DNA from: Vulcanisaeta sp. AZ3
Lineage (GTDB): Archaea; Thermoproteota; Thermoprotei; Thermoproteales; Thermocladiaceae
Direction: 5' to 3'
DNA: 64,000 nucleotides
Assembly (NCBI GenBank): GCA_000960865.2
Contig: JZWU02000004.1
Coordinates: 1 to 64,000 of the forward strand
The position numbers and the translations under genes were made by a program. Position 1 is the stretch's first letter. Every line of letters begins with the position of its first letter. The notes beneath the pieces are model-generated. The model ran no database searches, was not told the origin of the DNA, and saw nothing but the letters and a program-made list of their open reading frames with translations. Shown here piece by piece: positions 10,301 to 19,835 of this stretch.

Positions 10301-11092
10301 TCACTTAAGCCCCAATTTCTTAATAAGCTCCCTAGCAATCTCCTCAGGATTACCTTCAATAAATTGACGTAGACGTTCACGTGTTCTCAGTTCCTTAAGC
10401 TCCGTCACAGAGGTTAATGAGCCCTTAAAGCCTACCTCATCCTCAGTTAATCCTAGATCCTTTATGCCCCATATCGTTAATTTAAGTTCGTTTTGGGCCC
10501 ATTGTAATCTCTCAAAGTCAGGGAATCTAGGTGTATTAACTCCCAACTCCACTGAAAGTACTGTGGGCATCTTAACCTTTAAAGTCTCATAACCTCCCTT
10601 AATAGTCCTTCTAACAATCACTGAATCTTCTATAATCTCCACAACTTGCGAGACGTAAGTGATCACAGGAATACCAAGCCACTCGGCAATACCCGGCGGT
10701 ACCTGTCCTGTCGAGCCGTCCTCACTCTCCTCACCAGTCACAATTAATGAGTAATCACCAATCTTCTTAATAGCAGCCGCAAGTACTTTAGAGGTTACGA
10801 ATGCGTCGGAGCCGCCTAAGGCTCTATCACTAATTAGTACTGCGTCATCAGCACCCATAGCAATACCCATCTTAATGAATTGATCCCAGAATGGTGGGCC
10901 CATGGATAGTATTATTACCTTACCACCATATCTCTCCTTTAATTGTAATGCTAGCTCGAGAGCATTCTTATCTGCTGGGTTAATCTCGTTCGTAGCCTTA
11001 GATCTATCTATTGTCTTAGTGACTGGGTCAAATCTTATCTCCTCAGGTTTTGGTGTTATCTTCATTGTGACTATTATGTTCTTGAGTGGCAT
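10301..11092 (-). CDS. etfB: Electron transfer flavoprotein beta subunit (EtfB/FixA)
   Basis: INPADKNALE, SMGPP, MGADDA, GSDAFVT, DGSTGQVP, NTPRFP. Confidence 0.93.
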   Translation of the reverse strand: MPLKNIIVTMKITPKPEEIRFDPVTKTIDRSKATNEINPADKNALELALQLKERYGGKVIILSMGPPFWDQFIKMGIAMGADDAVLISDRALGGSDAFVTSKVLAAAIKKIGDYSLIVTGEESEDGSTGQVPPGIAEWLGIPVITYVSQVVEIIEDSVIVRRTIKGGYETLKVKMPTVLSVELGVNTPRFPDFERLQWAQNELKLTIWGIKDLGLTEDEVGFKGSLTSVTELKELRTRERLRQFIEGNPEEIARELIKKLGLK

Positions 11093-11098
11093 GTTCTA

Positions 11099-12082
11099 TC
11101 ACCCCTTTAACTCTTTTATTAATGCCTTTAACACGTCAAATAGATCTGCAACAATACAATAATCACAATTCTCAAATATTGGTGCTTCCCTATCAGTATT
11201 CACAGCAACCACTGTGCCGCAGTCCCTAATGCCATAGACAAAGTGCGGGGCGCCACTAGCGCCAAAGACAAAAACAGTCTTAGCCCTAAGTGTGACACCC
11301 GTCGTACCTATCTGGTAATCCCTAGGCATTATACCCATGTCAGCCAGCGGTCTCGTGACACCAAGAGCAGCACCTATTAAATTGGCAAATTCCTTAATGA
11401 GTTCTAGGTCGCCGCCTGTACCAAGACCTGCAACCACGACCTTCTCTGCTTTAGATAAGTCAGGTATTGGTGAAACCTTCTTCTCGACGAGCTCAATTTT
11501 GCGTTTTCTTAATAAATCCTCAGGCACGGGTTCCCTAATGACCATAGCTTCCTTACTACTTGGTCTTGCTTCGTAAGTGCCTGGGCTCACGGTAGCCATC
11601 TCGGGCTTGCCGCTTATACAGGCAACTGTGGCTACAATATTGCCACCAAAGCCAGGCACTGCAGTGATTAACCTTTTATCTTTCTCATCAATATCAACCA
11701 TAATAGTATGAGCACTTAGGCAAGTCCTGAACCTAACGGCCAACCTACCAGCTAAGTCCCTGGAGTTCCTAGTGGCTGGTAAGAGTAAATACCTTGGCTT
11801 ATACTTGTTTATTACGTAAGAGAGCGTCTCAGTATAGGTGTCACTATTATAATGCCTAAGGTCTGGATGATCAAGAACTATGAGTCTATCAGCACCATAC
11901 TTAGATACCTCTTTAACTAACCCATCAGTCTCATAACCTAGTAATATTCCGAGAACCTCCTCCCCAAACTTACCACCTAGCTCACTGGCCCTAGTCAGTA
12001 TTTCTAAGGCTGTTCTCTCTAACTCGCCATCATCCTGTTCTATGAATACAGAGACACCTCTCCACTCGCTCATGCTAATCAC
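11099..12082 (-). CDS. etfA: Electron transfer flavoprotein alpha subunit (EtfA/FixB)
   Basis: RDLAGRLA, FGGNIVA, GVTRPLAD, QIGTTG, GASGAPHF, AVNTDREAPIF. Confidence 0.93.
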   Translation of the reverse strand: MISMSEWRGVSVFIEQDDGELERTALEILTRASELGGKFGEEVLGILLGYETDGLVKEVSKYGADRLIVLDHPDLRHYNSDTYTETLSYVINKYKPRYLLLPATRNSRDLAGRLAVRFRTCLSAHTIMVDIDEKDKRLITAVPGFGGNIVATVACISGKPEMATVSPGTYEARPSSKEAMVIREPVPEDLLRKRKIELVEKKVSPIPDLSKAEKVVVAGLGTGGDLELIKEFANLIGAALGVTRPLADMGIMPRDYQIGTTGVTLRAKTVFVFGASGAPHFVYGIRDCGTVVAVNTDREAPIFENCDYCIVADLFDVLKALIKELKG

Positions 12083-13199
12083 CCATCACGCTATCTAAGA
12101 ATTCTACCAAGTCCATAACCTTTAGGTTTGTCTTCATAACCTTATTGGCATCTTCAAGCATTCTAAAGCAATATGTGCATGCCGTTAATACCACCGAGGC
12201 ACCCGTATCAACAGCCTCCTTTAATCTACGCTTTGATAATTCCATGGAAACCCTTGTTTCGAGAGCAATACCGCCACCACCAGCACCACAACATAGAGAT
12301 TTCTCCTTAGAATGCTCCATTTCCACAAGCCTAACACCGGGTATTGCCATTATTACTCTCCTGGGTTCCTCAATAACTCTCTGGTGCTTAGATAGGTAGC
12401 ATGGGTCATGATAAGTCACAGTTGTATCTATCCTCTTATCAACCTTTAACTTGCCTGCTCGTATTAATTCATCTAAAAGTTCAGTGTAATGAACAACTTT
12501 AACGCCCTTAAGGTATTTCCTAAGTGAGTACTCGCAGTGCGGTGATAGAGTTACTATTATTGGAGCCTTAACATTACTCATTATTGAATCTCTAAGCTTG
12601 GTCGTATACTCGTCATAGAACGCTTTATTACCCGTATGCTGAATAATGTCGCCACAGCAGGATAGGCCCATGTACATACCGACCTTAAGTCCAGCCCTAG
12701 TTAGTACTCTAATTAGGGCCTTAATATGTTTCTGAAGCCTTGGGTCACCAATAGATAAGCAACATGGATATATTACAACGTCAGGATTCTCATTATTTAT
12801 TAAATTACTAAATTGGGTAGTAAACCTTCTCTTATCAGTTACTGTGTAGCCCCATGGATTTTGATTTTCATATATCTTCCACAGAACCTCATTTATCTTT
12901 GTTGGAAATACTTTAGATTTCATGGCCATGGTTCTAATGACCTCAACGAGATTAACAATCTCCACATTATTGGGACATAGGGCTTGGCATGTACCACAAG
13001 TTACGCAGTCCCATATAATCTTAAAGTCTCTATTTTCAATGGCGCCAAGCTGTGCCTTCTTTACGAGATACCTAATGTTATAGTTCTCATCAGTTATAGG
13101 GCAGTATGTACTGCACGTACCACATTGGTAGCATAGGCTTAAGGTTGGTACAACTTTAAGGAGTTCCTCCCTAAGGCCGAAATTAACAGCTACTGGCAT
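12075..13199 (-). CDS. HdrC/HdrD-like Fe-S oxidoreductase (2x[4Fe-4S] plus two CCG domains)
   Basis: CYQCGTCSTYCP, CVTCGTCQALCP, SCCGD, YHDPCYL, CCGAGGG, TACTYC. Confidence 0.88.
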   Translation of the reverse strand: MPVAVNFGLREELLKVVPTLSLCYQCGTCSTYCPITDENYNIRYLVKKAQLGAIENRDFKIIWDCVTCGTCQALCPNNVEIVNLVEVIRTMAMKSKVFPTKINEVLWKIYENQNPWGYTVTDKRRFTTQFSNLINNENPDVVIYPCCLSIGDPRLQKHIKALIRVLTRAGLKVGMYMGLSCCGDIIQHTGNKAFYDEYTTKLRDSIMSNVKAPIIVTLSPHCEYSLRKYLKGVKVVHYTELLDELIRAGKLKVDKRIDTTVTYHDPCYLSKHQRVIEEPRRVIMAIPGVRLVEMEHSKEKSLCCGAGGGGIALETRVSMELSKRRLKEAVDTGASVVLTACTYCFRMLEDANKVMKTNLKVMDLVEFLDSVMGD

Positions 13200-13203
13200 A
13201 CTC

Positions 13204-16200
13204 TCACCTCAATCGCTTTATTTTTTGTTTTGTTTGCTCTATTTCTTCTTTTGATATTGTTTTTACTACTCTCTCCGCCTCTCTCATAGCCTCCACTAGG
13301 TCCGTGACGTCCGGTGCTCCGAAGAGTCTTAATTGGAATCTATCTTCCCTAACACCAATATTCATTAACCTCTTCTTCCAATTCTCAAATCTCCTAACAG
13401 TATTATAATTCGCTGTTATGTAATGGCAGTCACCAAGCCTACAACCAGTTACAAAGACGCCAGCAGCACCTAATTCAAAGGCATGCTTAACATGCTTCCA
13501 ACTCAACCTGGAACTACATTGAAGCCTAATAATCCTAGCGTGCGGTGGGTATTGCAGCTTGAAGATGCCAGCATTATCAGCAGCCCAGTAAGAGCAATAA
13601 GCGCATGTAAACATGATAACCTTCTCCTCAGGTTTCTCAGCAAGTGTGGCATCAATTTGTGCCATAATAGCATCATCACTAAGGGCATCGAGAGTGATAG
13701 CATCTTGAGGGCACTCAGCAACACAAGAACCACAACCTTGACAAGCGGCTGGTACGTGCTCAATCCATTTACCGGGTACCCCTCTGATGGCACCATATGG
13801 GCATGCCTTTATACAGAGACCACATTTAGTGCACTTAGCCCAGTCGAATTTTGGTATGAATGGTTCTTTAGTGACGTATCCCTGGGCGAGCATCATGAAG
13901 GCCCTGGCCGCGGCTGCGTAGCCCTCGGCAATTGCCTCATTAACATTCTTAGGACCCCTTGCGGTTCCCGCTATGTAGATGCCAAGTGTCATTGTGTCAA
14001 CAGGCCCAAGCTTCGGATGCGCTTCCATTAGGAAGCCCTCGGGATCCTTAGATAGCCTCAGTATTTTAGAGGCTTCATCAGTGTCTTCACTAGGTGTAAG
14101 GCCTATGTTTAGTACGATATTATCAAAGGGCACCTCAACATCATCATTAAGTTCAACATCGTGAACCACCAACTTATTAGTATCCATCTTAATAGCCTCC
14201 ATTAACTCCGCCTTCCTGGGTATCCTGATAAATAACACTCCAGTATCCCTAGCCTTCTTATAAAGATCCTCAACCTCTGGAGTTACACCCATTATATCCC
14301 TATAGATAAGGACCACATTCTTACCCTGCTCCCTCAACTCTAAGGCCTTGCTAAGGCCAACTGCGCAACAGTACCTCGAACAACCCCTACCATTAGTCCT
14401 TGAACCTACACAGTTTATTATCGCTATATTCTTGCCCTCAACGGTCTTACCATTCTCTAAGTCCAGTGTCGTTAGAATTCTTGGGTCATTACCATAGTTA
14501 AACTCTGTGGGTGTGTAGGGCTTAGCACCCGTGGCCACTATTATTGCGCCAACGTCAAGTTCAGTACCGTTACTAAGCACTACGTGGAAATTACCCGTAA
14601 ACCCACTCACATCCTTAACCGTAGTACCAAACATAAACTTAACACCAACTTCCCTAGCCTCCTCAGCCATCTTATCGAGTAATTTCCTTGCCTCAATACC
14701 CTCAGGCTCAAGTTTATTCAAACGTCTGAGCATACCACCACACTCATTCGACTTCTCAACAAGTACTGTTTCAATACCAGCACTAGCAAGGCCTGTGGCC
14801 GCCGCAAGGCCTGAGGGTCCGCAACCAATTACTAACGCTTTCTTAATTACGGATAATTTTATTGTGCTTAATGGAACCATGTGATGTGTCTTAGCCACAG
14901 CCATCCTAATCATATCCTTAGCCTTCTCGGTAGCAGCCTCCCTATTTGAATGAACCCACGTGTCTAGGTTTCTAATGTTAGTCATTTCAACAAGGTATGG
15001 GTTAAGCCCAGCTCTCTTTGCAGAATCTTGGAAGAACCTTAAGTGTGTAACTGGAGAGCAGGACGCAACCACAACCCTATTTAATTTCTTCTCCTTAATA
15101 ACCTCAGTTATCCTATCGAGCGATGACTTGGCGCAGGCAAATTGTAAGTCCTCTGCATGAACAACACCCGGCATCTGCTTAGCAGCCTCAACTAAGGCAG
15201 GCACATCAGCTACACCAGCTATGTTTGTACCACAGTGACAAACAAAAACACCAACCCTTACTGGGTATGGTTCTATCGTTTCCTCATACTTCTCCTCCTC
15301 AATAACCCCGGGACTTGCATATCTAATTGCCTGTATTGCTGCTGCTAACCCTGTGACCACAGACTCAGATATATCCCTAGGGCCACTTGCAGAACCTGCA
15401 ACGAAAATACCGGACCTTGTTGTTATTGTTGGATTTTCAGGGCTTGTCCTCACAAAGCCCGCCTCATTGAGGGATATACCCAATATCTTACTGAGCTTAC
15501 CCATGTCACTTACAGGCTTTACTGATGGAGCTAACACCACCATATCATACTCATTCGTAACAATCCTCTTGTTCCTAGTATCCTCGAACCTAACGATTAT
15601 CCTACCATTTCTCTCACCAACAATCTCAGGCCTACCCCAGACGATATTTATACCCTCCTTAATGGCTCTATCATAAAAACTTTCAAAGCCCTTACCATAC
15701 GTCCTAATATCATTCATATACATTATCGTGACATTCTTAATACCATGCAAAACCTTAGCGTAAATACCTTGCTTAAGCAGGTATGTACAGCAAAAACCTG
15801 AGCAATAATCATTTTTCTTAGCATTTCTAGAACCAACACAGGATATTAATAATATATTCTCAGGTTCCTCACCAGTACTTGGTTTAACAACAATGCCACT
15901 TGAGGGCCCAGAAGCATTAACTAATCTCTCAAACTCAAGAGATGTCACGACATCCATGTACCTATCATAACCATACTCACTAAGCACATCACCTCCTTCA
16001 AGTTCAAAACCAGTTGACACTATCACTGCAGCTACATCACGCTCGATATATTTCGGCATCATTGTGTATATAATGGCATTCCTATCGCAGGCCTTAAGGC
16101 ATCTGTCGCAGGGGAAATAATTAGGTGGCTTATTTAAGCAGTGATCAATGTCGAGTATATATATACCAGGCTCGGCTTGAGGAAATGGCAAGTATATAGC

Positions 16201-16599
16201 CTTCCTAGCACCAATACCAGCCTCAAACTCGCTGGGTACCACGACAGGACACACATCCTCACATTGACCGCACTTCGTACAATCATCAGTCACGTACCTA
16301 GGCTTCACAAGTATCTTAGCTTTAAAATCACCCGGCGAACCTGTTAAATTCACAAGTTCAGCTGGTGCCAGGAGCTCGATGTTTGGATGTCTGGCAACAT
16401 CACTTATTAATGGGCCTTCAATACATATACTGCAGTCAAGGGTTGGGAACGTCTTATCTAACTGTGCCATCTTGCCACCAATGGCTGGTGACTTCTCCAC
16501 AAGCGTAACTCTATAACCCATGTTTGCTAGGGCTAATGCAGCTTCAATACCAGCAATACCACCACCAAGTATTAGGATCCTATTCGTGGGCACGACCAA
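13204..16599 (-). CDS. hdrA: HdrA-family flavoprotein, tandem HdrA-HdrA-ferredoxin-MvhD fusion
   Basis: GGGIAG, MAQLDKTFPTLDCSIC, CVGSR..CSGFCC; second module VGVFVCHCG, GCGPSG, CVGSR..CSRYCC; ferredoxin motifs; MvhD tail CAYC, QCSSR, GCRLGDCHY. Confidence 0.93.
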   Translation of the reverse strand: MVVPTNRILILGGGIAGIEAALALANMGYRVTLVEKSPAIGGKMAQLDKTFPTLDCSICIEGPLISDVARHPNIELLAPAELVNLTGSPGDFKAKILVKPRYVTDDCTKCGQCEDVCPVVVPSEFEAGIGARKAIYLPFPQAEPGIYILDIDHCLNKPPNYFPCDRCLKACDRNAIIYTMMPKYIERDVAAVIVSTGFELEGGDVLSEYGYDRYMDVVTSLEFERLVNASGPSSGIVVKPSTGEEPENILLISCVGSRNAKKNDYCSGFCCTYLLKQGIYAKVLHGIKNVTIMYMNDIRTYGKGFESFYDRAIKEGINIVWGRPEIVGERNGRIIVRFEDTRNKRIVTNEYDMVVLAPSVKPVSDMGKLSKILGISLNEAGFVRTSPENPTITTRSGIFVAGSASGPRDISESVVTGLAAAIQAIRYASPGVIEEEKYEETIEPYPVRVGVFVCHCGTNIAGVADVPALVEAAKQMPGVVHAEDLQFACAKSSLDRITEVIKEKKLNRVVVASCSPVTHLRFFQDSAKRAGLNPYLVEMTNIRNLDTWVHSNREAATEKAKDMIRMAVAKTHHMVPLSTIKLSVIKKALVIGCGPSGLAAATGLASAGIETVLVEKSNECGGMLRRLNKLEPEGIEARKLLDKMAEEAREVGVKFMFGTTVKDVSGFTGNFHVVLSNGTELDVGAIIVATGAKPYTPTEFNYGNDPRILTTLDLENGKTVEGKNIAIINCVGSRTNGRGCSRYCCAVGLSKALELREQGKNVVLIYRDIMGVTPEVEDLYKKARDTGVLFIRIPRKAELMEAIKMDTNKLVVHDVELNDDVEVPFDNIVLNIGLTPSEDTDEASKILRLSKDPEGFLMEAHPKLGPVDTMTLGIYIAGTARGPKNVNEAIAEGYAAAARAFMMLAQGYVTKEPFIPKFDWAKCTKCGLCIKACPYGAIRGVPGKWIEHVPAACQGCGSCVAECPQDAITLDALSDDAIMAQIDATLAEKPEEKVIMFTCAYCSYWAADNAGIFKLQYPPHARIIRLQCSSRLSWKHVKHAFELGAAGVFVTGCRLGDCHYITANYNTVRRFENWKKRLMNIGVREDRFQLRLFGAPDVTDLVEAMREAERVVKTISKEEIEQTKQKIKRLR

Positions 16600-17185
16600 T
16601 CACCTCCCTTAAATACTTTCTCCCGTAGTCAAGCCCTGCTTGAAATGCCTTGATGTTCATCTCTTGGACTGCTGTATCAAGTTTACCTGCTCTCCTTGTT
16701 ACATTCTTTATGGCGTTTATTACGGAATCCTCTTTCATCAATGGTTCAAGTGCTGCAGTTATGACCCCCACTAGAACAACATTCATTGTTAGTCTCCTAC
16801 CTGTAACGCTCTCAGCTATTTCCGTGGCGGGTACAGGTATTACTACATAGTCATTAGGATTTGGAATTATTGGTTTATAGATTGTGTTTTCATATATAAA
16901 TACGCCATTCTTATGAAGGCTATTAAACTCTAGATCAAAGGCTTGCTGAGTGGTGGCTACAAACACATCAGCTTCATCGATTAATGGGTAATCAACCATC
17001 TCCTTACTTATGATCACATCAGCCCTAGACCAACCACCCCTTTGTTCAGGACTATAAGTTATTGTTAATATTGAGTCAAGCCCACCCATCGCCGCGGCCA
17101 TACCCACAAGTCTACCTGCAAAGACTATACCATGACCACCGAGGCCCATGAGCCTAATGCGTACTTGATCGAGGGATCGCTGCAT
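16580..17185 (-). CDS. 2-oxoacid:ferredoxin oxidoreductase gamma subunit
   Basis: GLGGHGIVFAG, YSPEQRGGWSRADV, MNIKAFQAG. Confidence 0.92.
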   Translation of the reverse strand: MQRSLDQVRIRLMGLGGHGIVFAGRLVGMAAAMGGLDSILTITYSPEQRGGWSRADVIISKEMVDYPLIDEADVFVATTQQAFDLEFNSLHKNGVFIYENTIYKPIIPNPNDYVVIPVPATEIAESVTGRRLTMNVVLVGVITAALEPLMKEDSVINAIKNVTRRAGKLDTAVQEMNIKAFQAGLDYGRKYLREVIGRAHE

Positions 17186-17213
17186 GTTGTTCCATAAATA
17201 AATATCTAAGGGA

Positions 17214-17222
17214 TTTTATAAA
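17214..17222 (-). promoter_or_regulatory. Putative internal TATA box upstream of gamma-hdrA-hdrD-etfA-etfB
   Basis: TTTATAAAA on minus strand ~30 nt upstream of the ATG at 17185, in a 109-nt gap. Confidence 0.5.
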
Positions 17223-17294
17223 TTTTGTTCTTTTTGACATAAGTTGTTTTAATATATGCATAGATATGCGAAAAAAGTTCAGATTATATGATCA

Positions 17295-18131
17295 TTATCC
17301 ATACGATACAGGTCTCTCCCTCTTAACAAAATTTCCTAAGATTATCTTCTTCATACTAAAATCTATATCCAAATCTGAAAGGCTCGCAGTATGATCGACC
17401 ACGGATTTCTCTCTGATGATCTTCATTAAATCGACAGCATCACCCATAGCATTCCTATCAGTATATATTATACATGGAGACAAAACCTCAACTACGGCAA
17501 AGCCCTTAACCTTAAACATGTCGAGGAGTGCTTGATACAACTCATTTTGATGTAAAACGCTCCATCTAGTCACATATGATGCTCCAGCTGCATAGGCCAG
17601 GAGCGGTATGTTGAATGGATTCTCGAAGTGCCCATAGGGTGATGTTGTTGTCTTTGCACCCTTGGGTGTTGTTGGACTATACTGGCCTCCTGTCATTCCA
17701 TAGATGAAGTTGTTAACTATTATTACGTTAATATCATCATTCCTCCTGGCTGCATGTATGAAGTGATTACCGCCGATGGCCAGTATATCGCCATCACCGC
17801 CCACAACAGTAACCTCGAGCTCAGGGTTAGCCATTTTAAGGCCTACGGCAAATGGTATAGCTCTGCCGTGAGTTACGTGGTATGCATCGAGCTTTAAGTA
17901 ACCACCGAGCCTACCTGTGCATCCAATACCAGTAACTATTACGTGCTTCTCAATTGGTATCCCGGAATTTTTAATTGCCCTGGCCAATAGCTTAAGCAGT
18001 ATTCCTAAGCCGCAACCTGGGCACCAAATGTGAGGTAATCTATCGATTCTTATTAAATCCTTAATATCTTCGTATGATTTAGGGAGTTCGACTTTTATTC
18101 CTGTGGTTGTTGTCTCAGCCTCCATGCTCAT
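17295..18131 (-). CDS. korB: 2-oxoacid:ferredoxin oxidoreductase beta subunit (TPP-binding)
   Basis: WCPGCG, GIGC, HGRA, GGDGD...IGGNHFIHAARRN, YGMTGGQYSPTT. Confidence 0.93.
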   Translation of the reverse strand: MSMEAETTTTGIKVELPKSYEDIKDLIRIDRLPHIWCPGCGLGILLKLLARAIKNSGIPIEKHVIVTGIGCTGRLGGYLKLDAYHVTHGRAIPFAVGLKMANPELEVTVVGGDGDILAIGGNHFIHAARRNDDINVIIVNNFIYGMTGGQYSPTTPKGAKTTTSPYGHFENPFNIPLLAYAAGASYVTRWSVLHQNELYQALLDMFKVKGFAVVEVLSPCIIYTDRNAMGDAVDLMKIIREKSVVDHTASLSDLDIDFSMKKIILGNFVKRERPVSYG

Positions 18132-19309
18132 CTCTCGATCACCTTCCTCACATTACTTACTACATAATCTGGGTCCGGTATGTAACCTGGAGCGTATGGT
18201 ATGTGCTCCACCGGGACTCCCTTTGAGAATTCCCTAACTACATGATACATCTTACCCATGTTTACCTCCACGGTTATGAACTTCTGAATACCTCTTGAGG
18301 CAAGATTCTCAACAACCCATCCTGGAAATGGCCATGCAGTCTTCGGCCTAAGCATACCAACCCTGTAGCCCTGAGTCCTCAATATCTTTATTGCCCTTCT
18401 GGCAGAACCTGATGTTGAGCCATAGGATGTTATTACGTACTCTGCATCATCGAGCATGTACTCCTCCCACTCAGCTATCTCCTTTTCGTTTTCTCTAATT
18501 TTTCTAACAAGTCTCGTGACAAGTTTGAATGAGGCGTCTCTATCGGTTGTTGGGTATCCCTTATCTGTATGTGTTAATGATTCGTTGTTAGCCCTATAAC
18601 CAGTACCTGCTATGGCCATTGGTGGAACTAGGTATCTACTATCATAGGGTAAGTATTGATCTGGCGGTACTGTTGGTTTTGGCCTCTCAAATATTTCAAT
18701 TTCATCGAACTCAGGCACCCTAACTTTACCGTACATATGTCCAACTAATTGATCAGACAGAACTATAGCAATGACCCTATATTTCTCAGCCATATTAAAC
18801 GCCTTTATAGTGAAGTCAAAGGCTTCCTGGGGGTTAGCAGGTAAGTAAGCAATTATTTCATAATCTCCATGCGAACCGTACTTAGCTTGTAGTATATCGC
18901 CTTGTCCAAGGAGTGTTGGTATTCCTGTTGATGGACCTGCTCTCATTACATCAACTATCACGGCGGGTATTTCCAACATAGAACCTAGCCCAATCTCTTC
19001 CTGCATTAGGGAGAAACCTGGACCGCTTGTTGCGCTCATGGACTTAACACCGGCTGCTGATGCGCCGAGTAATGCCATTATACTTCCTATCTCATCCTCC
19101 ATCTGTATGAACTTACCACCAACCTGGGGCAGCCTATATGACATGTATTCAGCAATCTCGTTAGAAGGAGTGATTGGATAACCAGCATAGAACCTACAAC
19201 CAGCCGTTACCGCACCCTCAGCAATTGCGGTATTACCATCCAGGAAGTGAATGCCAGGCTTCAACAGCTTATCTAGGTCCTTCTTATATAATTCAGCTAC
19301 TGTGAGCAT
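18128..19309 (-). CDS. korA: 2-oxoacid:ferredoxin oxidoreductase alpha subunit
   Basis: YAGYPITPS, QMEDEI, ATSGPGFSLMQE, RAGPSTG. Confidence 0.93.
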   Translation of the reverse strand: MLTVAELYKKDLDKLLKPGIHFLDGNTAIAEGAVTAGCRFYAGYPITPSNEIAEYMSYRLPQVGGKFIQMEDEIGSIMALLGASAAGVKSMSATSGPGFSLMQEEIGLGSMLEIPAVIVDVMRAGPSTGIPTLLGQGDILQAKYGSHGDYEIIAYLPANPQEAFDFTIKAFNMAEKYRVIAIVLSDQLVGHMYGKVRVPEFDEIEIFERPKPTVPPDQYLPYDSRYLVPPMAIAGTGYRANNESLTHTDKGYPTTDRDASFKLVTRLVRKIRENEKEIAEWEEYMLDDAEYVITSYGSTSGSARRAIKILRTQGYRVGMLRPKTAWPFPGWVVENLASRGIQKFITVEVNMGKMYHVVREFSKGVPVEHIPYAPGYIPDPDYVVSNVRKVIER

Positions 19310-19631
19310 GCTTGTTCACCCCATAATACTTATCATACGTTATATACTCCTCTGAAATCACGGTTATTGCAAAATCTGGACACACCTTCTCACACATCTT
19401 ACAGGCCACGCACTCAAGTTCCTTACCAGGTTTAACCACAGGATAATGGTAACCCTTGAAATTCACGTCCTTAGATTCCTCGAGGACATCGTTTGGGCAG
19501 AATTCGATGCAGAATTTACAATCCTTACAAAGATCTATGTTGACTTGAATCTTACCAATGGGTCGTTTCATCTTATGAAGGTTAACGAGTCTACGCATGA
19601 ACCAAGACCCGTCCTGCTGAGCCAGAACCAT
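19293..19631 (-). CDS. 2-oxoacid oxidoreductase delta subunit (2x[4Fe-4S] ferredoxin)
   Basis: CKDCKFCIEFCP, CVACKMCEKVCPDFAI; overlaps alpha start. Confidence 0.9.
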   Translation of the reverse strand: MVLAQQDGSWFMRRLVNLHKMKRPIGKIQVNIDLCKDCKFCIEFCPNDVLEESKDVNFKGYHYPVVKPGKELECVACKMCEKVCPDFAITVISEEYITYDKYYGVNKHAHSS

Positions 19632-19835
19632 ACCTGATTACTATTGTTTTCAGTAAAAATATTTTTAAATCTTCTTCTTCAACAGTATAATTCTTATTGG
19701 TCTTACCATATACTTAAATAATTTAATATTAATGCATTTAAAAATATTCATTGAAATATTTATCATAAGCATTAGTATAACGATATGACAAGAAACCCTA
19801 GGATTTAAAATGTCTCAATTCATAGAGAATACTCA

